Positions 26,248 through 38,716 of a stretch of 64,000 nucleotides of DNA are shown piece after piece (position 1 is the stretch's first letter; every line of letters begins with the position of its first letter). Position numbers and translations under genes: made by a program. The notes below the pieces were generated by a model. The model was not told where the DNA came from, made no database searches, and saw only the letters and a program-made list of their open reading frames with translations. Source of the stretch: Amphiscolops sp. MND2022 (Eukaryota); assembly GCA_964187785.1 (NCBI GenBank), contig OZ076409.1, positions 85,810,001 through 85,874,000 on the forward strand, read 5' to 3'.

Positions 26248-28396
26248 TTCGTAGTTTCTTTTGTGGAAAGTATCAGAGCGCATTACAGGGGAATAAAGCT
26301 GGGGCAAAAACTTTGTTGCGAGTATAATCAGACGAAACTGGTATCCAGAGCAACGCTCCCAGAGCTGGTGTAATTTGCAACTACCGCTCAATTTGTGGCA
26401 AAGATTTGCTCTGAACTAAAAAACAGAGGAGAAAAAATCAATGAAATCTTTTCATTTGGTATCGACGGAAGGAAATAACGTAAGGCAGAAGTCATTCTGT
26501 TTCAGTTTCAAACCTGTACTTTTTACGAAAACGATTAGAGTCGGAGTGGCGTATTTAACTAAATTATGTAATTGAACAAAATTTTAGCTTACCCTGCCAC
26601 CCGCTCGGCAGAGCACAAGAAGTTTCGAAAACCTATTTGAATTCACTGAAACTTTCAGTCATAATTGGGTATACACTATATGATTAGGGGCCACAGAGAT
26701 TAGATTCATCATTGTTTATCAGATGATTCATAAAGTCTGATAATTGCCAACTTAGTGGAGTACTCTCGAAGTTCAAGCAAAGTCCGTACTGACTCTTAAG
26801 ACAATCATCAGAAAGACCACCGAAAGTCCCCGGTAGAAAAAAATTCCTTTGAAAAACAGTTCCCATCGGTGGCAATTGATGGTCCTTTGGAAGCCATCGG
26901 TGGAAACGTTTACATTGTTTCGCAACGACAGACCGGCAATACCAAAAACAAAACTAAACAACAAAACCAGCCGAAACAAAGAACGCAATTCTGAAACAAC
27001 GCCAGGACAACAAAACTTCAACAAAAAATCTAACACTTTGCATGTTCAAATATTTTGTACAAACAGCATCACATTATGCACAATCACTTTTTTCATATAC
27101 ACATCATCAAAACGTGTTTTAACTTTTATGCTCCATCTTACAGTAACCCCCACTTAAACTCCACTTAATTATCAAGAGCTCTATAATCACAAGTTCAAGT
27201 CGTAAAATCATCCGAGCCTGAAACTTTACCTTCTATGTTATATCTTGTCATTTATTTCTATTTGTGGAAAACAAGAATTGATCTCATCAGTTATCAGTTG
27301 GAAAGAAGCACCGCACCCTCAGCAAGAACCAGAACTACTTCATCTGAGCATGTTCAATATGTTGGTGATACAAAAACAATGAACAAATCATTCTGCCATA
27401 AATGAACGACCGTTATAAAATGTTAACACCACGGTGACACGAGTGGGAGGGAGTTCAAGAGTGAGAAATATGTTTCCAAAAATTATGAAAAGAACGTTAA
27501 AACATCATAAGCGTTGCTATTACACTCTCTCCTTTCATTTTTCTTGTCACTGTGCAGTCAGCGCTCATGCCAGTAAGATTTCTCTTCCGACTTTGACCCA
27601 TGCCTATTTTAAAAAGGACTCCACTCCGAACTTCGATCTAGGTATAGTTCCATCATGTCGCTAACACCGCATTTTTGCGTGTCTGACTGACCCGTCCAAA
27701 ACGACTCTTAGTAAGAACTACTCTTAAGAAGTAGAACGTGACTAGGTAATTTTAGAAAAAAAAACGAAAAGTCTTTCCTCTTTTGTTTTTTTTCTTTGCA
27801 CTTATGGCTTCTTTGATTCTTATTGTTCGCATCATTTTGGTGTGGTATAACCCCGAATGTGTCAGAAACACATCCTAAAGTCGTTCTTCCCACGGTTATT
27901 GTTTTCGCTTCTTGTCAGACTTTCCAACCGCTCTGATTCTGATTGCTACAAGACCGTATAACCGTGTCACCTCGGTTGTCTCTCTCACCTCTTACCAAGC
28001 CGAAACGACACTAACCTTGTTTCTACTGATGATAGCCGTCTTCGGTTTAACTCTTGAAGTACAACGCACATCCGGCATGTGCAGCTGTGCTGTAGCCAAC
28101 ATTTTTCCGTAAAGTAACCTATTCAAAAGTCATTTAATTTTGGTCTGTCAAGTTATCCTCCTTCGGCTTTACCCACCGTCGCATCCAGAGGTTTGATAAT
28201 CCTTTGTTACTATTATCAAGCTAACGCTTATAAAATAGGGAGTCAGTTCAGAGCTGAACGCTTTCTAACACCTCTAAGCCATTCATTTTATTCAAATTGA
28301 AGTCCCTTGCTTTTCTAAAGGATCATTTCCCAGCATGCATGTTTTCTTCGCCACCGTTTTAGTAAACAGTAGAGCAAAGTTTCCACTACTATCGAA

Positions 28397-28451
28397 TTAT
28401 ATATTATATATTATATAATAATAATAATAATAATAATATAGTATATATTAA
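28397..28451. repeat. AT-rich microsatellite (TTATA)n/(ATA)n
   Basis: ttatatattatatattatataataataataataataataatata. Confidence 0.85.
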
Positions 28452-31264
28452 TCAAAACTACTACCTCTCCAGTTGCATTCCGGATTCGGGAAAGTTTTCA
28501 TTTTTTCGTGAATTGACAAACCTTGGTTTTCGTACTTCCCAAAAATGTGTTTCAATAGAAGAGTCAACCCACTCGTACATACACAGTTTCTGATTGAAAC
28601 AAACTTAAATGATATTCTGTTGTTTTGTCCGATATTGTTTTGTCCAAATTAAAATTAAAGATAATTCTGTGCTACATATTTCGAAAATGTTATTTCAAAA
28701 CTGTGTTGTTTAGTCTACAATTATGAATTAGATGTTGTTGTTTGGTTCGTTCTTTAGTGAAATTCTAAACTTTTCTACACGACTCCATGCAAGTATACAT
28801 CTCTAAACAACATTTTTATTACTAAATTGTAACGACTCCGGTAGCGTATTCCTAAACATGTATACAGTTCTCAACATCATAATTTTAACAAAATCACAGG
28901 TATTGACATACACGTTAAGTCATACAGTCAGTGTGAATGATAATCAGAACGAAACTTCAAAATAGAAAAGAACAAACCGGAACGGCATACCCAGGTTGTC
29001 ACGCCATGGCCCGCCATCCATAATTCATCCGCTCGCCATGGCATGGTCCATGACATGGGCAATGTATGGAAATCCATGAATCATGGATGGAAATCCATGA
29101 GCCATGGCTGAAAAATTTGAAACGGGCCGTTCCGATAGCCAAAACTGTCTTCAAAAAAGATGGATTTGTTCCTATTTTGACCACTATCCATTACTTGCTG
29201 AAACAAAAAGAAGTTAGAAGCATATTGTCGGACATTCAGTTCAACTGAAAGCAAAGCTTATTCTGGGTTGGAGGCTCTCTGCTAGTGCGGTATATTATAG
29301 ATATACCACACGTGACAGGACTCACGACGAAAACGTGGCCTCCGACGAGTCCCAAAAAACTAACATCTCAATTGGAAAGAGGCGTTTTGTAGCAAGATTT
29401 CTTGAAAAAAGACATTAAATCAACAAAACTACAGTACGCTTCATTAGACCATATAAATGCGAAATTCAGTTCGAAATTTGACGAGGCATTGATCTAGATA
29501 CAAACTGGAATAATTCTAAACCGGGAACTCATAAGTTTGCATCACACCGAAGTCTCAAAAATAGCATAGAAACTTCAAAGTGTCAAATATTTGCTTTTAC
29601 AGTACTTTCTTTTTACCCGAAAAACCCAAAAGTTGGACTGAACTCGCGCGCTAAATGGATGACCATTTCGAATATTCCAACATCCATTTTGTTGCAAAGT
29701 ATTAACAAAATTTAAAGGGGACTTTGGAAACAATAAAAAGTTTTCGGAAAAACGAATATGCGAGTTTTGAACAGACTGTCTCTTAGTGCCTAAAATTGTA
29801 AAAAGTGGGACTCTTTGGGACTAATTTTGTTGCAAAACATCAAAAAAAGAACGGAGACCATTTAGAGAAATTGAACTTTTTCTCGAAAATTAGTCTGACT
29901 ATGCCGAAAAGAATTGAAATGAATCCTTTAGTCTCACCCGGTTTTGTATGTTACGCTGGAAAAAGGAGCAACTTTCTCAGAATTTTGTAGAACTATTTTT
30001 GTCTGTTCGTGTGGATTGGAAAAAAGCACTAATATAGTCGAGTTTCACTTCATGAAGCCACTAAAAATGAGCAATAATAAAAATAATAGAATCAGTTTCG
30101 AAATAAATTGGAAAAGATTTGAAGGACATTTTCAGAAAACATAGTCTACTGTTGAGCCACAGCTGAGTTGTGTCGAACGAATTCTCTGTATATTTGTATT
30201 TGTTCTCCACACAAGACGGTTGACTAATCCACAAAGGACGATTGAAGAACCTATACAATGTTAAGAATCCAGAGAAACAAGTGAATTTTTGCTTTCGGCG
30301 AATCTTTACAAGTTGCAGTGGTTTTAGTGCAAAAATCCAGGAAAGTATCCCACTCCACTCTTCTCAATTCTTGGAAACGCAAGTAATATAATACAAAAGA
30401 AGAATCCACAAAAACTACACCGAATTTGTTGCCGTTACAGTTCTTCCCGTCGTAATGATGTCAAAGGAAGAGTGTTGCAGTGTAATTCATTCGCTTCTTT
30501 TGTGCTCTCCGAAGTTTAGGGCAGATTCCACGACACCGAAAATATAGCTTGCGCAAGTTTGTAACGTTAATTTTACAAAAAAAACTAACTGAAAATATTG
30601 CTTGCGCAAAGTTGAAGTGTCTACTTTGCGAGAAAACTTTCCAGGCTCTTTTCAGGATTGTCAAAAGACACGTTCATGGCACTTCGTGTTATCATTAGTT
30701 GAAAACCTCAGGAAATTCATTTCGAGTTAGAACGCAGATTAGGGCGTCTGAGGCTAGAAACTGCGTCGAAAAATTACTCTCCAGTGAAAAACGTAACCGA
30801 AATCTTCTTTCGAAGCCCCAAAACTTCGGTGTAGGTCATCGATTTGGTAAACTCCAGTTATAACATCGTAACTGTCATTAAAACATTATGTTTGTTCCGA
30901 AACGAAAAAATCAGGAGGCATAACGCTCGTTAATAACTAATGGAAAAACTTTTGTCGAAAAACGGACGTTTTGACTTTCGTACTAAAAGAAACGGATCAA
31001 ACTTGTCACAAAACGTTAGGCAATTCGCCAGCCCATCATGTACTGCCGTACCAATTATTGAAATGATCAACACAGTCCAGTCGTGAAAAAGCGCTATAGA
31101 GATGTTTTTCTTAACCCAGTGCCTGTACCTCATCAAAAGCGTGGAACATCTTAAAGATATCATTGGACCATTGCGATAGCATTAGCGGTATATCCGGGAA
31201 GTATTTACTAGATTTTGTAACAATCGGTTTATAACAACCCAAGCTCGACACGATTGTGAGAAAA

Positions 31265-31345
31265 TAGCCATTACAGGACTCGAACCTGCATCTCAAGACA
31301 GATCTAGCTAGCAGTCAAGCGCCTTAACCGTTAGGCCAAATGGCC
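31265..31345 (-). tRNA. tRNA-like sequence (Ser-GCT-like pseudogene or SINE head), copy 1
   Basis: Minus strand GGCCATT-TGGCCTAACGGTTAAGGC (A box)...CTGCTAG...GCAGG-TTCGAGT-CCTGT-AATGGCT (B box, T arm, acceptor stem). Anticodon stem pairs poorly. Confidence 0.55.
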
Positions 31346-31521
31346 TATTAAATCTCACCAATCATTCGACTTATCAGTAAAAACGCCGTTGTTATATTAT
31401 CGCCTTCTAACTGAAGCTGATGCCACACAGCTCCCAGTTGATAACAACACTACCGGGATTCAAGCCACTTATGTAATGGCTACCAATATAACAACCCAAG
31501 CTCGACATGATTGTGAGAAAA

Positions 31522-31602
31522 TAGCCATTACAGGACTCGAACCTGCATCTCAAGACAGATCTAGCTAGCAGTCAAGCGCCTTAACCATTCGACCAAATGG
31601 CT
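31522..31602 (-). tRNA. tRNA-like sequence, copy 2 (257-bp spacing)
   Basis: AGCCATT...AATGGCT acceptor stem, TGGTCGAATGG A box and GGTTCGAGTCC B box. Flanks are duplicated with copy 1. Confidence 0.55.
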
Positions 31603-32339
31603 TATTTAATCTCACCAATCATTCGACTTATCAGTAACAAGGCCGTTGTAATAGGTTCAAGTAGACATTGACGAAACCACACTGTGCAAATTGGAACATA
31701 GAAAGGCAAACATTCAAATTATTTTTGGAGTAGCCCTCGAACCTTGAAACTGTGCGCGACGTTTTTATCAATTTCTTATTACGATCGAAACTAGTGTTAG
31801 GTGTAGAGGCGATTGCAGAAACACGCGCCTGCTGCAATTGCAACGAACGAGAAACTTGGATTACACGTAACAATCGTGAAAAATAGGACATTGTGACGCC
31901 ATTACAATTCATATGACGCAAAAGTGGATTTCACGATCAGTTGTTTTCCGTAACATGACAGCGCACCGTATTTTAGTCGATGAAATTGTTTATTGCGCCT
32001 TTTGATGCACAGTGTGAGGCGTAAATGCGTACTTCGATCCTTGAGTTCAATTAGACAAAAATGTGAAAAAACTTTTAATGTTTTTTGGTTTAATTCCGTA
32101 ACGAGAATGAAAGGTATAACAGTTAATCTCTGACCAGAAGTCAGTTTTCGAGGTATTATAATGTTCATTTAACACGAGGAAATTAGAAAACGTTCGACTA
32201 CTTTACACCACTTAAACACTGGTTCATATCGCTTTATATCATGAAATCGAAACAGGGAGTGTAAAAAATAACCAATTGCTTTTACCAAACCACCTAGTGC
32301 CTGAACTACTCAAATATTTCCTCGGTAAGGCTAATAAAC

Positions 32340-33300
32340 ACCAGGAGATAGCTAAAATGTTACAATAAATCAGATGCAAATGATATTACCCTGACATTGC
32401 AAAAGTTTTCAAAAAATGGTACAAGGCTGTGAGATCTGCATCACAGCCAAAAGAATCAGTAATTCGTCAACAACCCCTGAACTACTCAACCTACCAAAAT
32501 GAATTTTAGGTCCGGAAGACGCAATGCAGATAGACATTTAACCAGAATTACCACGAAGCGGTGAATATGAAAATATCATTACTGCAATGAATGACTTTTC
32601 ACGATATCGTTTCTCTTACCCAGCTACAAACGCATCGGCCACCAATACGGCAAACGTTGTTATTGATACAACGACAAAACATAATTGCCAACCACTTTGA
32701 ATACCGAGAAAAGAAACAGCCTTTACGTCGAAGCTATTTGCTGAGGTTGCGCAAATCTCGGGTATTCAAATTACATGTGCAACAACTAAGCACCCGCAGA
32801 CTATAGGCAAATTGGACCGAACGCTTGCCGGTCTCAAAACCAAAAAAAAACTAAAATGGCTTCGGGGGAGTAAAGCTCTGCCATTCGCGGTAGTCAAATA
32901 CAATACCTCGTACCATACATCTTTAGGCTAAGAGCCCTCAAAGATGTTTATATGGTAGGATACCGTATCAAATCTTTTTAACCAACAAAAAAGGTTTTAA
33001 CAACAACGTACTTTGCAGAAGAATTTTGAACACGGCCCAAAATACTGGAAGACATGAAAAAAAACATCACGCCATCTGATTTAGAATACAAGGAATGTTG
33101 AGACCGAAAGGCCAAAACAGCGCCTCTGAGGCCTAAATTTTTCTCAGATTGCAATCCATTGCTGACAATCAAGGTTAAAAAACCTTTTCTGCAATTTCAG
33201 ATGAATTGGTCCTTCTGTTGTCGAGAAAGACCGTTCAAACGAAATGTTCATTGTACGAAAACTCAATTCAAATGAAAGAAATATTACATCGAATTGTTTG
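32340..33300 (+). pseudogene. pol: Gypsy integrase remnant (opposite orientation to the adjacent RT/RNase H)
   Basis: LGPEDAMQID..PELP..GEYENIITAMNDFSRY, KHPQTIGKL, YNTSYHTSLG, GPSVVEK. Heavily decayed. Confidence 0.8.
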
Positions 33301-33304
33301 GACC

Positions 33305-36300
33305 TTGTCACTGATATGTTGTCTGTTAGTACGAATGTCTGTAACGTTGTTTCCCACAAAATGTGACTGTGTTCGAGAAAATCATGATATATGGCCAGAA
33401 TTTTTTTGCAATGTATGAACATCTTTAGTTGGGCTGGTGAGAAGACGAGTGATCCGAACACTACTGGGGCGAACGTTTTCCTTTTTGAGAGGAGTTTCCG
33501 TTCATCGTTTGCCTCTATCATGAGTGCATAACATGATGCACGGAAGCTTGCATCAGTCATAAAGACGTATTGCTTCCCAGCTACGGGCTGTCGTAGTGCA
33601 AGTCCAAAGGCTTCCGCTAGGCTGGCGTTGATTTTTTCAAATTGTCGACAAGTTCTTCTGAGATTCTGATTTTGGCGTCAGCTTTTAGGAGTTCGTACAT
33701 ACCGAAAAGTTTTCTGACATGCACGGTATGTATTTGCGATAGTAAGTTACAAACCCGGTATATTTTTGTACTTGTTTCTTTGATTTTGGGAAACAGACTT
33801 TGGACAAGAAATTATTGACGTTTTGGCCCTGTGGGGCCACTTCCTCTGGGTTGAATGTTCTCCTGAGAAGTTCGACATGTGTTACTCCAAAGTGGCATTT
33901 TTGGTTGTTAGTTCCAGTTCCGCTTCTCTGATGCACTTGAAAACTGCTCTGATGTTTTTGATGAGTTGTTTTGTCATACTTGCTGCTATCCCAATATGGT
34001 CTTCCTTTTTTCTGCACACTGATCGGCTTTGATGACTGAGTCAAGGTACTCGCGCATAAAACATGAGAAGGCTGACATGGCCCTGCTGAGTCATTGGGCT
34101 ACTCTCTTGTAGGCGAACGTTCTACTAGCAAATTTCAAAGTAAGCAATTCTACTGACCTTTGATCTGCCATTTGAAGGCAGTGGTAGGCTTGGGAGCAGT
34201 CGAGATTACAGAACAATTTTCCCTGCTAGGTGTTGTGCTGTGTCCGATAGGGTGCTGACGGGGTGGTTGTGTTGATGTAGTCATCCGCGTTGATTTTGCG
34301 CAGATACACCAGTAGTCTCAGCTTGCCGTTAGGCTCCCATTGGTCGAAGATAGGGCTTGCATGTATTGAGAAGGGCAGTGTCGTGATGATGCCGTAGCGA
34401 TGCAAGAGCTCTAGCACTGCCGTCAGGTCTTCATTGAAGTTGATCGGGACTGATAGACTCTGCGTGTAGACAGGTTTGTCATCTTTTGGAATTAAAGTCA
34501 CTTTCAATTGCGTGTTCATTCCGATGTCGAGTCTTTGACGATTAAAAATGTTGTTGAATTCTACGATTGTGGCCATTTGAACATTGAAAAGAACGTGTTT
34601 CGGGATTCTTCAGTTCCTGTTGGGTCAAGTTTTTCAAGTTCTGTTAGTTCTTGTAGTTCTTCAACTTTCGTTTCTGTACCGGCGAGTGTTCTTCAGTATT
34701 TCCAGGGTTCTCTGGGGTTGGGAACCAGAATTTTTCTTCCTTGTCTTCAGGGCGTTCTACTTGCACTAAAGCGTTGATGTGCGTAACAACATCGTCGTGG
34801 TCTGCCAGTAGGTTCAGCGCTGCTATATTGACTGGACGGATCATTTTCGTTTCTTCAGGCTTCAGAAACTGCAATTCCGCCAATTTGGTGTCTGCGCTGA
34901 CTGTATAGGGGAAATTTTTTTGGCTACTTTCTTGTCTCTGGCAGTTGTTATTGCTGGACCTAGTGTGAGTTGCGCACTCTCATCGAACTATGGTAGGGGT
35001 TGATAGTCCCAGTTATTGGGTGGTCATTACTCACAGGAATTTACGCGTACATGATACGTGTGGACTGTGCTGGTATTGTGTGTTCACTTTTCGTTTTGAT
35101 GGTGATGGGTTTTGGGTTGCACTTCTGCATTTCGTCGGTGAATGCCATCGTATTTTGAATCTTTGGAAAGTCGACAGTTCCGTGGGCGGTATCAAGTATT
35201 GCGGCATGTTTCCGTAGGAACACCAATCCTATGATGGGAAAAGACGTCTGGTTCAATATAATGAACGTTTCCTCAAAGGTGTAGTCGCCAATTATGAACC
35301 GCAAGGTGTACGTGGCAAGGGGTTGTTCAAGTTCAGCGTTAGCGTATTGTACCTTGAAAGGGGAAGGTGTTGCTTTATGTATGATGAACTGGTTTGCGTT
35401 GTGTTTGATTTTTTCGGCGGCCGTTTCGCTGATGGCATTGATGTACGCCCCTGAGTCTACTAACGCGTCTCTTTTGATGTTATTGAAATCGATTGGGAGA
35501 AAAAGCCTTGTTACTTCTTGAGCGCAATGGCGGACATCAACGGAATGTAGTTGTCGTTTTTGTCATATTGTATGAATTCTTTGATGACCTCTAGGTCTTC
35601 TCGTAGTGATGAAGGATACTCCGTTGTTTCTTCGATTTGTCTGGTGCTTCGGTGGCGGGTGGGTGCAGTTTGTGACGGTGATGGGGGAGAAAGGGTATCT
35701 GCCCTCTGGTGTTTTGTTTGTCGTGGAAAAATCTTTCTGTTTTCAAAACAGATGATGTTTTCTGAATCTATTGGTGTGGACGTTACCATGACGGGTACTG
35801 TCGGTGTTAGTTCTGGCTTTTTCAGTATAGGCGGCGATAGTAGTGAGGGGAATTCTGGTACCGTTTCTGGGCGTTTTTGTGGGTTGGGGACTTGTATCCT
35901 GAAGGATAGGGTGTTTGCATCATAGATTGTCGGTTCGTCCCAAGAATCTTAATGGTAGTCTGTATCGTAAATGTACATTCTGTCAGTTTTCGATTCTGGT
36001 AGTGGTCCGTTGAGTATAGCGTAATTATCGGGTGACACTAATATCCATTCGAGGAGTGGCATTGTGCCGTCCGGATGCCTGGCGTTGTGCCGGAGGATCA
36101 TCTTTACGTTCAAAGGTCGTTTCCAGTCTTGTGTTGGCTCTTCGTTGATTTCAGTGATGATGTTCTCTTCATATCTGTTCGGAGGATCTTCAATTATGTA
36201 CGCCCTCATGTCTATTTCTTCCCCGAAGCGTAGGCGCGGCGATTTTAGTTTTTTGGCTGAGCTGAAGGGGCAGGCAAGTGTTGTTCACTGATTTTATCGG

Positions 36301-36418
36301 TGGGGATGGCGAGTTCGCGTCTCTTGCGTCGTGGGTCGTTGGCCGCGTTGGCCCCGTCCCAGCAATTTTCAGTTTTGTGCATTTTTCCGCACGTTTCACA
36401 TTTAGGTTTGTAGGTATT
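33305..36418 (-). pseudogene. pol: Gypsy C: gag end, protease, RT, RNase H (decayed)
   Basis: CETCGKMHKTENCWDG knuckle (~36400), LVDSGAYINAI (~35460), PNGKLRLLVYLRKIN (34226-34576), KCHFGV...FVTYYRKYIP, MTDASFRAS (33560). Confidence 0.9.
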
Positions 36419-36423
36419 ATGTT

Positions 36424-38696
36424 TGTAGGATTTTTGACTTTTCGTTCATGATTATGGTGTTTGTTAAATTTTATTTCATCAGCAAGGTAGAATATCTGGT
36501 GGTGATATCTATAAAAGTAAAAGGTTACAATAAGTACGTCAAGTACCTCGCACTATTGTTTAATGTCAATAATATCGTCTTTAGTCCCGCGGACAACCAA
36601 AAAAAAACAATCGTAGCTGCTAGCAAGCGGCCGCGCAACGCATTAATGCAGTAAGACCGCCGCCACCACCCAAACCTACGTAAGAAAATTCTAATCGGAA
36701 CGAAACTTTAACATTGAATTTCTCGATACCTTTTGCGAATATAAGAAAAATTAAACCATCAAAATGTCGGTTTTTGACCTGACTACGTGTTGAGTAAACA
36801 TTTAGGAACTTTTGAGTAACGAATTTCAACAGAAATTGCACTTGAAGTCATAATTCACTGTAAACAGAAATGTAGTCAAATTGCTATGTTAATACATGTA
36901 TTTGAGGGTATGCGAGAGTGAAACTTCGCAGAGTGTGCTATGAGCTTATTAATACAACCCACCAAAGCGTGTCAGAAAGCGAACAGATTGAAAGTTAGAA
37001 CGCGCTGTGAGTGGCTGTACGCGTAGCTAATAAGAAAACGGCCGCCGCACACTTTGACTTAACCCACCTCTTAATAGAAATTAAAAATCAAAAGCCGATT
37101 TCTTTAAAAATTTCGTGTGATCGCTACAATCGTTAAAAAATGTTAGGATAAGTCCCAAATTGAATATAACTGAATGTCCTAACCTGTGTTAAATGGAAAA
37201 TAAAAAATAACCAGTGGTTTTTGAGATTTGACGCAGCAAACGGTAAAAAAGGCCATAAAATGGCCTAAATAGCCGTTTTTCGCGTGATATCGCTTAGTAC
37301 TCAACGTAGAAGCGCACAATAGCCGCCCCTTTTGCAACGTACGTAAAAACTGAAGTGGAGGAGTGAATGAAATAATAAATAGAGTGCCGCGGCGCGCTAG
37401 CGAGAAACCCCCAAGTATTGAAAGTAGAGATTTTTTGTTGTCAGTACTGAAATCGACTTACCAAAATGCTAACCCCTCCACACGTTTTGAGCGATGTCGA
37501 GCTGAAACTTTCAGAGTACACGCACAAGAGTCTTGCGCACAGCGTTTAGCAGGAGCGTTTTTCCGAAAAGTGACCTGGTGTTGAGATATGACCTCTAAAG
37601 TTGGAGGCCAGTTCACGAAAATTCCGAAAATGACCCTTTTCAGAAAAAGCGTCACCAACTTTTGTTGAAACAAGATAGAGACCTCATTTAAAGTGCAAAA
37701 CACTTTTAGTGGCTTGGGCTAACGATGTATATAGGCCCCAACCTCTATCTTTCAAATTGACTGAGTATGAGCCCTCCAAAGTGGAGATTTGCGTGGAAAA
37801 TTATAAATAATTTTCGACTACCAAATTTTAAGGGTGTTTTTCACCATGAAGGAGTTGAAATAGAAAATTGACTTTGAAGTAAGCTTTTGTAGCCCTTGAA
37901 GAGTACTTGCCAATCGTTTTCTTGGTTTTGCTGGTCCATCGTATTACATGTAAAAGAGCCTAGGTGGGCTGATAATACACGGTTGAGCCTAAGTGGTCTG
38001 ATAATACACAGTTTAAGCCCAAGTTGGCTGATAATACACGGTTGAGCCTAAGTGGGCTGATAATACACGGTTAAGGCCTAAGTGGGCTGATAATACACGG
38101 TTGAGCCTATGTGGGCTGATAATACACGGATTTGTTTTCACTTCAAGGCCAATAGAGATTTTTGCGGCGAGTTGATTCTTACGATATCTTCGGTATCACC
38201 TCCATCCTCACGGATACAAACATAAACCTGGCTGAAACACTTGTTTATTGTTCTCTTGTGATATATGCCTCCTAAAATACTCCGTAATATTCTCCGCTAT
38301 TATCGATGTTATCATATTATTCATTCTATTGGTTCGTGTGTGTGAAATTGTATTTGTGTTTATCAATCGACTTATTTATTTGTTGCGTATTAATTAAATT
38401 TCAACCTGCTTCTTTTCATCCGCGAAAAGACACTTTAAAAACAGCCTAAGTGTATCGAGACAAACCCTCTGAAAGACGGTAAAATAACAAAGTTGCGAAG
38501 ATCGTTAATTCCTTGTCACACTTACCCCCACCGCCTTCGATTATGTTGATTCGTCTCTTCTTCGGAGTTAATAAAAATTTTATGTAGATACTCCGCCAGT
38601 CCTTGTCTCGTGCATGGTACCTACGGGTTTAATTGAGTTGTAGTGGAGCTATTCTCACAAGTAGTTAAAGTTACTGGAAATTCCAAAAATCTTACA
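36424..38696 (+). repeat. 5' LTR of Gypsy D (2273 bp)
   Basis: TG...CA with imperfect 12-bp terminal inverted repeat. Colinear with 50164-53264 but lacks two segments (~50842-51010, ~51800-52525). Confidence 0.95.
37956..38130 (+). repeat. Minisatellite in the LTR: 6 copies of 29-30 bp GAGCCTAAGTGGGCTGATAATACACGGTT
   Basis: Head-to-tail copies with no spacers. Confidence 0.9.
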
Positions 38697-38697
38697 T

Positions 38698-38716
38698 TGG
38701 CGCTCCTGGGTGGGCT
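38698..38716 (+). promoter_or_regulatory. Primer-binding site, tRNA-Asn-like
   Basis: TGGCGCTCCTGGGTGGGCT lies 1 nt after the LTR. It resembles the complement of animal tRNA-Asn 3' ends (TGGCGTCCCTGGGTGGGCT, from recall). Confidence 0.75.

Noticed and set aside
26182..28200. Short ORFs between 26 and 28 kb as genes
   Set aside because: No recognisable domains or consistent exon chain; probably decayed repeat fragments.
31265..31602. Functional tRNA-Ser(GCT) genes
   Set aside because: The anticodon stem and serine-type variable arm do not pair convincingly; kept only as tRNA-like.
37956..38130. CRISPR-like array of ~30-bp repeats (also ~52553-52699)
   Set aside because: Repeats are contiguous with no unique spacers, lie inside eukaryotic LTRs, and no cas genes are present.
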